From Balamuthia mandrillaris (taxonomy: Eukaryota), in NCBI GenBank assembly GCA_031835245.2, contig JAVKOQ020000050.1:1-64000 (forward strand): a stretch of 64,000 nt of DNA, given 5' to 3'. Position 1 is the stretch's first letter, and every line of letters starts with the position of its first letter. Shown here one piece after another: positions 22,980 to 36,727 of the stretch. The position numbers were made by a program, and so were the translations under genes. The notes under the pieces were generated by a model. It searched no databases. It worked only from the letters and a program-made list of their open reading frames with translations, and was not told the origin of the DNA.

Positions 22980-24250
22980 CGAGGAGGAGAAGAAGAGGGT
23001 GATGAGGAAGAAGGAGAAGCAAATAGCACAAGAAGAGGAAGAAATGAAATACCAAAGCAGTTCCTTTGTTAACATTTTTAGCGGTGAACTCCACATATTC
23101 CTGCTCGACGCCATGCTCGTTGGTGCACGATGACTTGATCAGGTGCAACTTTGGAAATTTAAGCAACATGTCTTCATATAACTCATCTTGTTCCTGACGG
23201 GAGGAAGCGTTAACACAAAAATAAAAAAGAGAGAAAAGAAGAAAGGAATGTTGAAGGCAAAAAGTGGTACCTTTTGGGAGGAGAGAGCGATCAATGCCTT
23301 GGTGGGCGCCTTTCCTGGAAGATGCTTTGCGTAAGAAGGTATCCATGTGAAGGCGTCGCCGTTGAGTATTGTGTAGTTCTCTGCTTCTTTCTTCAGTTCT
23401 GCACTATCCCGGACATAAACCTTGTCTAAAAGTAACGTGAAGAGGAAGTTGGCCAACGTGTAATACGACGAATGAATGAAGAAGGAAAATGGAAGCGTAA
23501 GACTAAAGGAGAGCGACAAGGAAGGATTACACTTAAAAAAAAGAAGGAGAAGAGAAGAAGAAAGAAGAAGAACGAAGAACGAAGAAAAAGTAGAAGAAAG
23601 AAGAAGGAAGAAAAAGAATGAAGAAAGAAAGAAGAAAGAAAGTGCCATATACCTTCAAGGAACACACATAGGAGATAAGGCCTAGAGTCGCACCACTCGA
23701 ACAAACGAGCGGCCTCCTCTGCAGGGATGCAGCTGCTGACGATCCGTTTTCTGCCCTCTTTGCTGCTGAGCACACATTCTGCGCCATTGTAGCCGATGAA
23801 CGTTGCGTCCACTTGCAACTCCTTTGTCCCAAGAAGAGCAGCGAGAAGAAGCAGCATTAGAAGAAGAAGAACAAGAAGAAGAACAAGCAGAAGAAGAACA
23901 AGAAGAACAGGAAAAAGAACAAGAAGAAGCAGAAGAATAAAAAAAGAACAAGACAAAAGGAAGAATAAAGCGTTACTTCAGCGTAAGTGATCAGTCTTGG
24001 AGTCATCCTTCCACTGGCGAGAACGATGCGTGTGCCCCATTCACTGAGCTGCTTCACTGCAGCTTTGTTGGCCTTTTTTGTTGTTGTTGTTTCGCCCGCA
24101 AGTTAAAACCCGTTAGAGAGAGAAGGAAAGAGGAACCTCAGGAATGGTCTTGTCATCATGGAGGAGAGTTCCGTCCATGTCCAGGGCCAGCAGTGGAGGC
24201 ACAACAACAGCAGAGGAGGAGGAGGCCACGGGCAGCGTTACGCTTTGCAT
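22555..24250 (-). CDS. Cof-type HAD-IIB phosphatase, multi-exon
   Basis: Motif I LALDMDGTLL, motif II LASGR, YNGA, motif III VNKG, motif IV GDGDNDIEML..MAQG..NNDNGVA. Confidence 0.9.
22826..22980 (+). repeat. (GAA)n/(CAA)n intronic microsatellite
   Basis: Direct reading; lies inside a HAD gene intron. Confidence 0.9.
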
Positions 24251-24424
24251 TGCTTTTTCTTATTTCTTTCTGTTTTTTTAATCGATTGATCGGAAGGGTC
24301 AACCAATCGAATTCAAACTTTTTTGATTAACCATTGGTAATTTTTCAAACCTCCAATTAAAAATCATAAATATATCACGATCTGATCGTTCCCCACTTCA
24401 AAAAATGAATTGCTTGTTGTGATG

Positions 24425-25995
24425 TTATAGCTCTTCGCCATCGTCCTTGGTAGAGCCGCTTAGCTGCTTTCCTTTCACTCGATTTACCTTGCCCGCCCCT
24501 TGCCGTTCCATGCTGGGGTCTGTGCTGCCTGCTGAAGAGCTTGATAGGAGGGAACCGGTGGTGATAAGCGTCCACCACGCGCGGTAGATGCGACGGCTGG
24601 TACCAAAGATGAAAAAGACGAAGATGCCCTGGCCGGCAAAGTTGAACGCTGCCAACACCCACAGCGGATAGTTGATCTGCAGGTTTCGTATTAGTTACAG
24701 TGGGATTAAACCAAAAGGAAGAGCATGAAGAAAGAAAGAAATGTACCTCTGAAGATATAGTGCAAATAAAGCGAGATTCCTCAGGAACGGGGGTGCCGAT
24801 CTTTTCATGGTAGTTCTCAACCGCTGACTTCCGGAAGAGACAACCTATGTGCTCTTCGTAGGCATCGTACTGGTCGTTTCTTCGGTTTACAAAGTCCAAC
24901 TGAAAGGCGAACAAAAAGATGCAGACCCAAATGTATAATCCCAAGAAGGCGAAAATCCTCCATTGCCCCTTCACAAATGTCCAACAACCGCTCAAACCGG
25001 ACTCCTGTTTAAGCTGGATGATGATCACCACAGTGATTAAACTCATGCCGATGGCTATGCACAGCACGACTGGCATCCAGAATAGGACAAAGTTCCATAC
25101 ATTCTTCGTATCTCCTTCCGTCTCAATGCCATCTCCCTCTCCAATGATGAATTTAAGTTCGTTGGACTCTGAACTTGAATGGATGGTGCACCATAAGTCC
25201 GATCCGTTGCTTCCGATGTGCTCCGCTGCCAAGCCGATGATTAAGGGGATCAATGGCAGAATCCACGCGACAGAGTGATAGCCTACCATCATGATAGTTG
25301 CCGTTGATCCTTTCTGCCAGTCGATGTCTTTGGCAGCGAAGATCATCATGATGAAAATGTTGAAGCAGATGACCAACCACCACAGTACTGCCGCCAGGAA
25401 GAAGTACACCACCAAAATTCCTTGCACCGTGCATGCCCCGTTTCCAAAGTAATTGGGCTCCTCTTCGTTTTCGCACAACATGTCTTTGGTAGCATCGGGC
25501 AGCATGCTGGCCAAGCAGAAGGCGAATGAGAAGCACATGATGGCAATAAAGAAGAACAGGGACAGATGGTTGGGGAACTTCCTTCTGGAGGGATCCACGA
25601 GGTAGGTGATGACGAGAAAGGCCATCAAAATCAAGCCGATCCAGGAGATTCCGCTCATCATGTCCGTGATGGTATCGAACTCCTCGTCCTCTAACAGTGG
25701 CTCTGGACAGTCGAAAGCACATTCATTGTTCCCTTCTTTATGCATTCCCTTTGGACAATTGAACGAAACAATGTCTGCGTGTAAAATAAGTTGACCGATT
25801 GTTAAAGAATGCAGAGCAAAGAGCTAGGTGAAGGCGACCAAGAAGAAGAACAAGAAGAACAAGCAGAAGGAGGAGGAGGAGGAGGAGGAGGAGGAGGAGG
25901 AGGAGAAGAAGAAGAAGAAGAAGAAGAAGAAGAAGAAGAAGAAGAACAAGAAGAAGAAGAAGAAGAAGAACAAGAAGAAGAACAAGAAGAAGAAC

Positions 25996-26026
<31 letters not shown>

Positions 26027-26907
26027 AGAACAAGACCAAGGAGAAGAACGAAGAACGAGAAAAAACGGAAGAGGAGGAAGAAAACCAAGAAGAACGGCAA
26101 GAACATGAAGGAGAAAAAAGAGAAGGTACGTACAAGAAACGTCTCGACTGCCATCGTAGCACTCATACTCATACTCCCACGTGTCACCGTTAGGGGCAAC
26201 TGCTTCCACTGTTACGTTGCCATAGGGAAATATCTGATAAACCGTCTCTCCAAAGAAGATGACGTTTGGCCTGTCGCAATTGAGGTATTCGTCGTGGAAC
26301 TCCTCGGGGACGGTTGGGGCACACGGGGCATTGTGCTCTTCGCAGAGGAAGTTGCATGCATAGTGACCGACTCGGGCCACTTGATCGGGGGTGTAGTTGT
26401 CGGGGTCGGCGTGTGGGGAAATAAGCTCGACGCATTGGCGAAAGTAGGTGGGACACAAGTACCTTGCCGAAGTTACTCGGCATGCCGAGTTGGCAATATA
26501 AGGAAGGGAAGAGCTGTTTGTGGAGTTCGTAAGAAAGAAAGGGAAGACAACCGGTAAAAGAATGCGGAGTTCACCTACCCGATAGCAGCCTCTTTCCATA
26601 CCTCAAAGCCGTCGCCAGTGACATTGGGAAGCGTCACGCCAGGCACGATGTAGACCAAGTCATAGGTGAGGTACTCCCCGCAGCCCGAGTCCCCAAAGTC
26701 TATCTCGCTTTTGTTCACGCAAATGGCATCCGGGTGGGAAGGGGCCAGAAGCTCGTCGTAGATGCCCGCTGCGTCGGCCCGTCGGCAGCCTGATAAGAGT
26801 CGGAGGGGTTGTTAGCGAAACGAAAAGAGACAGAACGAGAGAAAAACGAACTAACCTAACAGAGACAAAAGCAGCAGGGACGCCAAGGCAAGAGTCAACG
26901 GCTTCAT
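24425..26907 (-). CDS. Frizzled/Smoothened-like (class F, Fsl-type) GPCR with extracellular cysteine-rich domain
   Basis: Signal peptide MKPLTLALASLLLLSLL at 26907. CRD CRV..YLCPTYFRQC..CNFLCE..C. 7TM region RRKFPN..FF, CTVQG..YFFLAAVLWW, YHSVAWILP, WC, FWMP; last exon NFAGQGIFVFFIFGT. Confidence 0.88.
25840..26040 (+). repeat. (GAA/GGA/CAA)n intronic microsatellite
   Basis: Direct reading; lies inside a GPCR gene intron. Confidence 0.9.
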
Positions 26908-27315
26908 GGTGTGTTATTGTTAGTTTAGCCCTTTGAAAAAAAAAAACAAGAAACCAGGGCACTTCCCCTCTTTACCAGTCTATCTGGTTATTTGCTTTCC
27001 CACCCAGACCATCGCTTCCTCACAACCGATACCCCCAGATGACCACAGAAGCGGTGCGCATCGCTTTACAAAGCGTAATTGACGGAGTACCATGCGCCTC
27101 ATTAATCTAATGCATTAGCTCTCCGCCAATAGGGAGGTGGCCATCCCATCTGAAAGGGCTGCTATAGGTTCCTTTTAAGCAAAGCATGCCTGTTGCGCGG
27201 ATGTCTTGCCCCCGACAGCATGCCCCTGTGAAGCACGGCATTGCTGGTTATATATGTGAGGAGTGCCAATAGAAAGTTGTGTTTGTTATGGTCGTTGTTG
27301 TTGTTCTTCTTCTTA

Positions 27316-29973
27316 TCAAAGAGGATGGGAAGCCTTGGCCAACCGTTCAGTCACCAATCTTCTTCTGTTCCTGCTTTTTCGTCTCAGCGAAACGGTGCCA
27401 AAGAAAACAATGGCCACCGCCGCAGCCACCACCAACAGAACCAACACCGGCACCACGATCTTCCACCACACCTCCTCCTCTCCCTTTTTCGTTGCATCAT
27501 CATCACCCTCATCATCCAGCAACAAAGAGACGTCTGGGTCCAACAACAAGGAATGGTTGAACGCAGGCAACTCGATGATGAGTCGCTGCACTTCCTGCAT
27601 CCACTCTGCCCGCACCTGCTTCGTTGTGCCCTCGTCTACCATGGCCACGGGCAACACGTTGAACAGAATGCGCGTGCTTTCCGTCTTCAACCAAAACGAC
27701 CACACTCCATTCGCTTCTTCTTCGGCTGCGGCCAATGCAACTGTACCGTCTTCACTGGCCACGGAAAGATGGAGCTGCAAGGAATGGCTGCGATGTCGGA
27801 AGGGCCAGGAAGAGAGCAAGAGGCTCCACTTGAGTGTGTTGGCCGCAATAACTTGCTCTACTCCTCCGAAATAGATGACTTGCTCCTCCACAAACATTGT
27901 AAAGTTCACTTCCATGCCGATAGTTTCTGCTGTGAAGGAAATGAAGCTGAGTGCGTTGTTCAAGTTGAAGGTGGCGTTCCCCAGCTGCCTTGCCTCAAAG
28001 TCAATCTCCTGCAAAGACTGCGTGGACACGACGTCTCCCTCTGCCGTCACTTCCATCAGGAAGACGAACGCGGTGGAAACAGAACGATCGGTAAGAGGGT
28101 GGTTGTCTTGTGGGTCGTGAATGGAGAGAGTGTGATCCGGTTTGTTGCCATTCGGAAAGCTGACGGAGATAATGCTTCCTTGCGGCTGGAAGATGGTCTG
28201 GTTGACATGGACTGGAACAGGAGAAAAGACTATGTTGAGAACCGCTGAACCAGACATGAAAAAACGCAGTTGCTGGTCGTTGTCGACTCGCAAAACGAGA
28301 GTGGCCTCCTCCTCCAGCTGCATCAACCTGGTGATGAGGATGTCCACCTGGGTGGCGTTTGTGGGAACGTCAAGTCTGAGCCGTGTGAAGTTGGAGGAGG
28401 AGGAAGGCGGTGGTTGTATGATGAACTGCTTGCCGTAACGTAATCCATTCGATGCTTCCAAGATGAGCGGGACGGAAATATTGGGGGACGATGCAGGGAG
28501 AAGGAGAGGAATGGTGAGAGAATCGTTGGTGATGGGAAGTTGCAATTCGAAGGAAGGAATGTCCCAAGAAAGGGTGGTGTAGTTCTCGCACGCACAATCG
28601 GCAACGGATGGCTCGCAAGGAGAGGCACAAAACCAACCGGCAACGCCCGCGTAGATGTTGGTGGCGTGGTTATCTTGAAAGTGAAGTGGAACGAGGCTGT
28701 GAAACACTTCCGTGTTGTCAAAATAAATAAGGCTGTTCGCGGTGTTTTCTTTGAACGATATTAGACCAGAGGATCGCCACTCCTGTTCGCCGAAACCAAC
28801 TTCGCACAAAGGCATCAATATAAATACGAGGAGGAAAACAGCAGAAGAAGGGACACACGATAAACGGAAATACTATAAAGCCGTACCAACATAGTCAACT
28901 ACGTTGTTGCCTGTGAACTCCATCACTGTGCCATCAAACATCCAAAAAGCAAGAAACGCAGCTCACGACGCTGTATCCGTTGTTGCCGGTAAACACCATT
29001 TTGCCTCCTTCGTGAATTACATAGGTCTCTGAAAGCGAAACCACCGGTCCAGGCTCTGAAACAGAACAAAAGATAAGCAACAGTGGCTGCAAGCGTTTGC
29101 CACGGGCTCTGAATACCAACCCGCTGAATGACAGTTGTTGGCAAAGGTGACTTCCGATAGCACCCACTCAACTCTTTCCAGTTGGAACGCGGAGCCTTCC
29201 GGACACGAAACATCCTCCACAACCAAGTTCATCGTCGATAAGATAAACGTGGCCTCCACCAAGCACGAGGCAACCAGTCCAACGTTGGAAGACTGGATTC
29301 TCACGTTTTTCAACGCCACCCTAACCCCCATGGCATTGTCCAAAATAAAAGCAAAGGCAGTGCCATCACATCGGATGGTGAAGTCGTTGAAACTGAGGTA
29401 CGCCATTTCCTCGGGCATGGAAAAGCTCGTGTCCAGGAAGAAACATGCCGCGGAGCTACCCACCTCTCCTCGCAGAGAAACTTCTCCATTCTTATCCGGT
29501 TCCGCCCACCTTCTGCAGTATTTATAAAAACAATTATAAGAAAGACCAGAAAAAAACAAAACTAAACGAAAAGTAAACAACAAAACACAAAAGCAAAAAA
29601 ATAAACAGCAAAGAAACTACGTGGAGATAGAGACCTACCTGATGGTGAAGTTCAGCTGGGCTACACTGATGGGAGAAGAAAACGTGTATTCTCCCGCTGC
29701 AAGAGCGTAATCGTCAAACACCTCCGCCATCATGAATTGGAACGGGTCAGAGCAGGGGTCGTTTGCCGGACAAGCAGGATTCCTTCCCGTTGCTTCCGCT
29801 TTGAAATATCCTTTTGTTGTAGCAGTATCGGCTTTTTCAATCACTGTTTTTCCAGAGAAGAAAGCGAAGGAGAAAGAGTTTGTTTTCCCTATACCTGTCT
29901 TCGTCCCGGCAAAAGCAACACCAAAGAAAAACAACAGGGTTGAGAGCAACACACAGCGCCGTAAGGGTCCCAT
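27316..29973 (-). CDS. Type I single-pass surface protein with ComC-like supersandwich region, multi-exon
   Basis: Signal peptide MGPLRRCVLLSTLLFFFGVAFA; LKWSLLLSSWPF..LQL and LPAFNHSLLLDPDVSLLL resemble the amoebozoan ComC C-terminal domain; TM IVVPVLVLLVVAAAVAIVFF followed by a basic stop-transfer. Confidence 0.65.
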
Positions 29974-30654
29974 GATGAGTAACAGGGCCAACCTGGTACA
30001 AAAAAAAAAATAAATAAAATAAAATGGAACTCATGTAACGCATACTTCCTCATAATAATGGTAAAGTCAAACATGGTTAGCGAAATCCAGGTCCGTTTGT
30101 AGCGGCTTTCGTTTGCTGCTGCACGTGGTCGGACAGAAAGTGTTATTCCATAATTGATGGCATATGACTGGAAAGAAACGGCAGGGGATAAAAGGGCAAC
30201 AAAAAAGTCCCCTGCGGTTCGCTGCTACGTTTCGCGAGGAAAATCGGGTGTCGACAAGGACAACCACCACACCAAACCATTGCGCGTAGGGTTGGCCAAA
30301 ATATATTTGGCGGTTTCGCCATTTATTTCCAGTTATTTGATACCATTTGGAATCATTTGCCAGTTTCGAACGAAATTTCCCAATCTAACATTTGATATTA
30401 TTTGGCATCATTTGGCACTTCATGTTCCATTTTTATACGAAATTTCTTGGTTCTCCACGATCAAATAAATAATAAATAAAAAAAGAAAGGAAGCAAAAAA
30501 AGAATAAACTTCAGGTGGTCTCTCTCTCTTTGCTGGTTTGGCTCTTCTTTGCTCTCATTCTTCGTCATCATTCACTTTCTTCTTTGCTTTTTTTGTTTGT
30601 TTTGCCTCCACTCTCACTCACACTCACACGGTGACGCACGAAGCCAAAACCAAA

Positions 30655-31556
30655 ATGTCTTCCAACATTCGCTACAAAGAGCTTGAGAGCAGGATTGCCG
30701 CTGAGCTTCAGAGTCATGACACTGCCTGTGACTCATCTACCGCTGCTTCTTCCTCCGCTTGTACCAACAATCCTTCTTCCTCCTCCGCTTCTTCTTCTAC
30801 TTCTTCTTCCTCACCAAGAGAGCGTGCACCCTCCTCTTCTTCTTCGTCGCAGGAGCCGCTGCTCCTCTCTCCGGAGGGCTTGGACCGGATCGGCGTGCTG
30901 ACGAGCGGAGGCGACGCGCAGGGCATGAACGCCGCTGTCAGGGCGGTGGTCAGGGTGGCCCTTCAGAGGGGAGTGCGGGTGTTTGCCATTTGTGAGGGCT
31001 ACAAAGGACTCATCGATGACACCATTGTGGAGATGCGTTGGGGTGACGTGGGTGGCATTCTTCAACAGGTTTGTTACGCTTTATTCACTGCTGTTGTTCT
31101 CGATCTCGTTCTCTTTCTTGCTCTTCTTCTTGTTCTCGTTCTTGCTGTTGTTCTTTATATCTTCGTTCCTTCTCCTTCTCCTTCTCCTTCTCCTTCTCCT
31201 TCTCCTTCTCCTTCTCCTTCTCCTTCTCCTTCTCCTTCTCCTTCTCCTTCTCCCTTACTCAATCACAACAAAACAACTGCAATACCATAAAGGGAGGAAC
31301 CATTGTAGGCACAGCACGAAGCATGGAATTCATGAAGCCAGAAGGCAGGAAGAAGGCTGTTTGGACATTGCTTCGACGAGGTATCACTAAACTGGTGGTC
31401 ATCGGAGGAGATGGAAGTTTAACGGGAGCCTACATGCTGCGCAAGGAATGGAAGCAGCATGTAGCCGCTTTGCAGGAGGAGGGGCTGCTGCGGAAGGACC
31501 AACACATTCCTCACATTCAATTTGTAGGACTCGTTGGTAGCATTGGTATTATATTA

Positions 31557-31602
<46 letters not shown>

Positions 31603-34152
31603 TTCTCTCTAACTCGTTCTTCTCGCTTCTGGAACAAAGACAACGACATGTGGGGAACGGACATGACAATAGGTGCCGACTCTGCATTACATCGCATAGT
31701 GGAAGCGGTGGATGCCATCGGCTCCACCGCTGCTTCTCACCAACGCAGCTTCGTCGTTCAAGTCATGGGTCGTCATTGTGGGGTACATTTCTTCTTCCTG
31801 TTGTTACTTTTTTCTTCTTTATATGCTATCCTGAACTTGTGCTCTATTCTTGCTTTTTTAATATCCATATATGCTTGCTTTGCTGTTTTCTTCGTTTTTT
31901 TTTTCTTTTTTCGTTCCTTTCTCCTCTCTCTAACAACAACTCATTTACAACAGTGGTTAGCGTTGATGGCAGCGATAGCGACAGGAGCGGATTGGGTCTT
32001 GCTTCCAGAAACTCCTTCAACAGCAGATGATTGGGAGGAGCAATTGTGCGCGAAGCTGAGCTCATCACGGCGTCAAGGAAGACGCTCCACCACTATCATC
32101 GTAGCAGAAGGTGCCGTGGATAAGCATGGCAAGCCTATTTCTGCTGAGTGTGTCAAGGTTTGTTCTTGTGCTTTTTTGTTCTTTGTTAAAATCTTACTTC
32201 TTTGTTTATCTCTTTTCTTCTGGTTCTCACCGCCGCTTGCAAACAATAAAAGGATATACTGGAGAAAAAGTTACAACATGACGCACGAATCACCATTCTG
32301 GGACATGTACAAAGAGGTGGTACTCCCTCTGCCTTTGACCGAATTATGGTTTGTAGTTTTTTCTCTTATTTTGTGATCTTAGCTGTTTACATTTTCTATT
32401 TTCGTTACAAAAAAGAGTACAAGAATTGGAGCAAAAGCTGCTGAGTTGATATTGGAAGCCCATGGAGAGGATAGTAAATGCTGTCTCGTTGGCACTCAAG
32501 GCAGCAGCATCGTTGTTCGTGATCTTATGGAGTGTGTTGAACAGGTATACGTTCTTCTTTCCTCTTTGCTTCTTTCACTATTATTTATTTCTATTCTTTA
32601 TTTTTGTTTTTTTTAAAAAAAAAAAAACAGACAAGAGTTGCTCAACGAATGATCTTTGAGAGCAAACACGAAGAAGCCATGAACATGCGTGGCAAACAAT
32701 TCAAAGAAGCTCTCAACACTTTCCTTACCTTTGCCCGTTCTGCTCCTCATCAACAACTGCAATCATCATCCGATGCAACACAACAAAAAAGAACAATGAA
32801 GATTGCAGTGATGCACGCTGGGGCCGCTTCTCCAGGCATGAACTCTGCGGTTCGGGCTGCCGTCCGTTTGGCTCTAGACAAAGGGCATCGGGTGGTCCGC
32901 GTGTTGAATGGCTTTGGAGGACTTTTGCGAGGAGAGGACGAGGTGAAAGAAACGGACTGGATGACGGTAAACGGATGGGCCCCTTTGGGAGGAAGTCTTA
33001 TTGGCACTTCGAGATATGTGCCGAAGAGCGAGCAGGACTTGACGCAAATTGAGAACGTGGTGAAAAAACTGGAGTTGGATGCCTTGGTTGTAATTGGTGG
33101 CTATGAAGGTCTTGAGGTTTGTTCTTCAGGCTTCTTTGTCTTCTTCTCTTTAACTACTTCTATTGCATTAACTATTATTTACTCTCACCAACGAACAAAA
33201 AAGACTCTCTTACTCTTTGACCAACTCGGCTCCAAACATCCTTACCTGTCCTCCCTCCGCAAAGTCTTCGTCCCGGCCACCATCTCCAATAACATGCCCG
33301 CCACCGAGTACACTATCGGCTCCGACACCGCCCTCAACTCCATCGTTGAAGCTCTCGACAAGATCAAGCAGAGCGCCAGCGGAGTAGGGCGAGTCTTTGT
33401 GGTGGAGGTCATGGGCTCCAGTTGTGGCTATTTGGCGTTGCAGTCGGCGATTGCGACGGGGGCAGAGATTGTGTATTTGCCGGAGGAGGGCGTGGATTTG
33501 GAGAGGCTAAGAGCGGATTGTGAGTCGTTGAGACAGAGGTAAACAGTTTTTCGTTGTTCCTCGTTCTTCTTTCTTTGTTATTAACGTTTCGTTTTTCTGA
33601 CACAAAAAAAAAAACTAGGTTTAGGAGTAAGAAGGGGGATCTGGTAGGTGGAGCAGGCATGATCATTGTCAATGAGAAAGCCAACCGTGTGTACAATGCT
33701 GAAGTCTTGTCTTCTATCATCCAAGACGAAGGTATTCCTTTTTTTCCTTTTCTTTTCTTCCTTTCAACCAAACAAACAAACAAACAAAATAAAACAAAAC
33801 AGGAAAGAAAGAATTCTCGGTTCGGAAAGCCGTTTTGGGTCACTTGCAACAAGGCGGCCAACCCTCCCCCATCGATCGAATCCGTGCCGCCAAGATGAGC
33901 TCCTTTGCCATCCAACATTTGGAGGACCTTTGGCTGCAAAGCCTGAACGGCAGCAACAACGAAGAGGAGAGGCAGAGCCTAAGCTTTGTGGTGGGAGAGA
34001 TCGGAAGCGAGACGGTGGCCACTCCTTTGAAGGACGTGCCAAGGATGGTCGATGAGAAGTTCAGAAGGCCGGTGAAGCAGTGGTGGTTGGAGACCAAGTC
34101 GACCTTCCTGGCGCTGGCTATGCCCTTCTCTCCTGAGATGTATCGTCTATAA
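30655..34152 (+). CDS. pfkA: ATP-dependent 6-phosphofructokinase, eukaryotic duplicated type, multi-exon
   Basis: [57 protein letters not shown]; regulatory half [23 protein letters not shown]. Confidence 0.96.
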
Positions 34153-34224
34153 CAACTTTTTTTCTCTCTCTCTGTTCCCTTGCCCTTCTTTGATTTCTCT
34201 CTTTTGTCTTTTGTTTTTGCGAGC

Positions 34225-34865
34225 TCAATCACCTCCTGCACTTTTATGCCATTGAGGATCCGGCAAACCCCATGGCCCGCCCAGGCGGTGAGCAATGGCT
34301 CGCATCTTCTCTGGTGCAGAGCCAGTGGCCGGAAATTGCCTGCCTGGGTTTGCCGGATCCTCAATGGCATAAAAGTGCAGGAGATGATTGAGCTGGGGGA
34401 CGCTAAACGAAAGCAACTCCCCAATTGCTCTCGGAAACCCGAGCCCATGGGCGGAGGGAAGGGCTCCGAGAGGCGCTGCCTGATTAATTGGCCCCCGAGC
34501 AGAGGGCACCTTCTCCGATAACATGGAGAACGTCTCTGCACACCCTAGCTGAGTGGCGAATTGGTAGCCAGCGGCCACCTGATCTGGCGTGGTGGAGTTG
34601 GCGCCGTTGCGGTCGTGGCCTGGCTTCTTGGTTCCTCACCGGTCGGACTCGCTGCCCCCGCTTCACCTGGCGGGACAAACAAAGTAAGAGAAAACCCCAC
34701 TCGATGCGTGTGTTTGTGTTTCACAGCACACCTCGCTGAGTTGAACGTTCCTGAGAGACGTGACCAGCCTTCTCCCTCAAAAAGGAGACTCGCTGCCCCC
34801 GATTCACCTGGCCGACCGATCAAGATATTCAAACCTTCGTTGTCTTTGGCGCCACGCAGCTCCAT
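34225..34865 (-). pseudogene. Rearranged/deleted duplicate of the adjacent Mug135-like gene
   Basis: 34282-34500 matches 35530-35745; 34500-34590 matches 36100-36190; 34648-34724 is the reverse complement of 36431-36507; start MELRGAKDNEG versus MEPRGKDNEG. Confidence 0.75.
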
Positions 34866-34899
34866 CTTTTTTTTTTTTTTTTTTTTTTTGTTTGCTTCG

Positions 34900-34900
34900 T

Positions 34901-34931
<31 letters not shown>

Positions 34932-35093
34932 GGAGAGAGGGAGAGAGGGAGAGAGGGAGAGAGGGAGAGAGGGAGAGAGGGAGAGAGGGAGAGAGGAGAG
35001 AGGGAGAGAGGGAGAGAGGGAGAGGGGAGAGAGGGAGAGAGGGAGAGAGGGAGAGAGGGAGAGAGGGAGAGAGGGAGAGAGGGAGAGAGGGAG
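34900..35093 (+). repeat. (GA)n then (GAGAGGGA)n purine tract
   Basis: Direct reading. Confidence 0.9.
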
Positions 35094-35252
35094 AGCAGCC
35101 GCTACGCCACGCTACCTATTTTTTGTCCTTGCTTTGCTACGCTTCTGCTACTATATTTTTTTGGTGAGAAAGAAAAAAAAGGAGTAGCGGCTACTCTCCT
35201 CTCGACCTTCCTGGCACTGGCTGTGCCCTTCTCTCCTGAGATGTTTCGTCAA

Positions 35253-35312
<60 letters not shown>

Positions 35313-35402
35313 CCCTTGCCCTTCTTTGCTTCTCTTTTGTTGTTTTTTGCGAGCTCAGACGGGTTGATTTTTAAGTACAAAGAAAGAATAACAATCGCTG
35401 GA

Positions 35403-35440
<38 letters not shown>

Positions 35441-35508
35441 AACAAACAAAAATGCAGCCTCGTGCGCGCTCTCGACACTTGCTGTAGGAAACAGGGAAAA
35501 GCGAGCCC

Positions 35509-36727
35509 TCAGAGACCCCATGTCGCACCCAGGTGGCGAGCAATGGCTCGCATCTTCTCTGGTGCAGAGCCAGTGGCCGGAAATTGCCTGCCTGGGTTTG
35601 CTGGGTCTTCGATGGCATAAAAATGCAGGAGATGATTGAGTTGAGGGACACTAAACGCGTGTAACTCCCCAATTGTTCTCGGAAATCTGAGCCCATGGGC
35701 GGAGGGAAGGGCTCCGAGAGGCGCTGCCTGATTAATTGGCCCCCCTCTGAGCGCTGTGTAGCTCCACGCTGGTCCACCAGTGGGTCCAGTGGCCTCCAGT
35801 TCCACAAGTGGTGCGCCGTTGAGGGTGGCGATGGCATTTGAATTACGCCTTAACATGGTCAAGAATGGGGCCATCGCTCCGGCCACCGCATTGTTGACGG
35901 CGATCGGCACCGCATTGTTGACGGCATTCGTCACCGCATTGTTGACGGCGTTCGTCACTGCCGCACCGAGGTTTGCTCGGGTGATTGCTGTTTGGAGAAG
36001 AAACAAACCTTAGACACCAACAAGGGCCTGGAAGTTAAACGAACAAAAAAAAAAGAAAAGAAATACCAGAGTCTCGGTGTAACTCGCCGAGATAAGCGAC
36101 AGCGTTCTCCATGTTATCAGAGAAGGTCCCCTCTGCTCGCCCAAGCTGGGCGACGTATTGGTAGCCAGCGGCCACCTGATCTGGCGTGGGCGGATCAGAG
36201 GGTGCCGCAAGGCGCGCGGGCAGCGGTGCTGGTGGAGTTGGTGCCGCAAGCTGCGCAACCGCATTGACTTCCACAGAGCGTTGCGGCTCTATTGTCTCCT
36301 CCGCCCCTGCAAGCAGGTCCTCCACCAACTCACCCAAAGGGTCTCGTTTCGGGTTGGGGTTGAGGCTCTTGCGCGAACGCTTCTGGTGAAGGAAGTTCCA
36401 GACCGTCACAACAAGTTAGCGAGGAATGAAGTGAAACACAAACACACGCATCGAGTGGGGTTTTCTCTTACTTTGTTTGTCCCGCCAGGTGAAGCGGGGG
36501 CAGCGAGCCTCCTTTTGGAGGGAGAAGGTTGGTCACGTCTCTGTGCCTCTGGCTCGGGGATCGTTGCTGAAGTGGGCGTTGCGGTTGGGGCCTGGCTTCT
36601 TGGTTCCTCAACGGCCTCTGAGGTTTCCAGCCGCGTTCTTGCTGCACCTGCCAACGACGGTTAGATCTGGTTAGATAAAGTCAGTGACGCCGATCAAACC
36701 TTCGTTGTCTTTGCCACGCGGCTCCAT
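35509..36727 (-). CDS. Mug135-like (DUF1773-type) protein, 4 exons
   Basis: In-frame GT-AG joins give MEPRGKDNE G AARTRL..GGTNK KRSRK..PSDPPTPDQVAAGYQY..DS AITRA..(NAV)n..NS..FPRTIGELHAFSVPQLNHLLHFYAI..KMRAIARHLG. The C-terminus matches my recollection of the Mug135 C-terminal motif. Confidence 0.6.
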
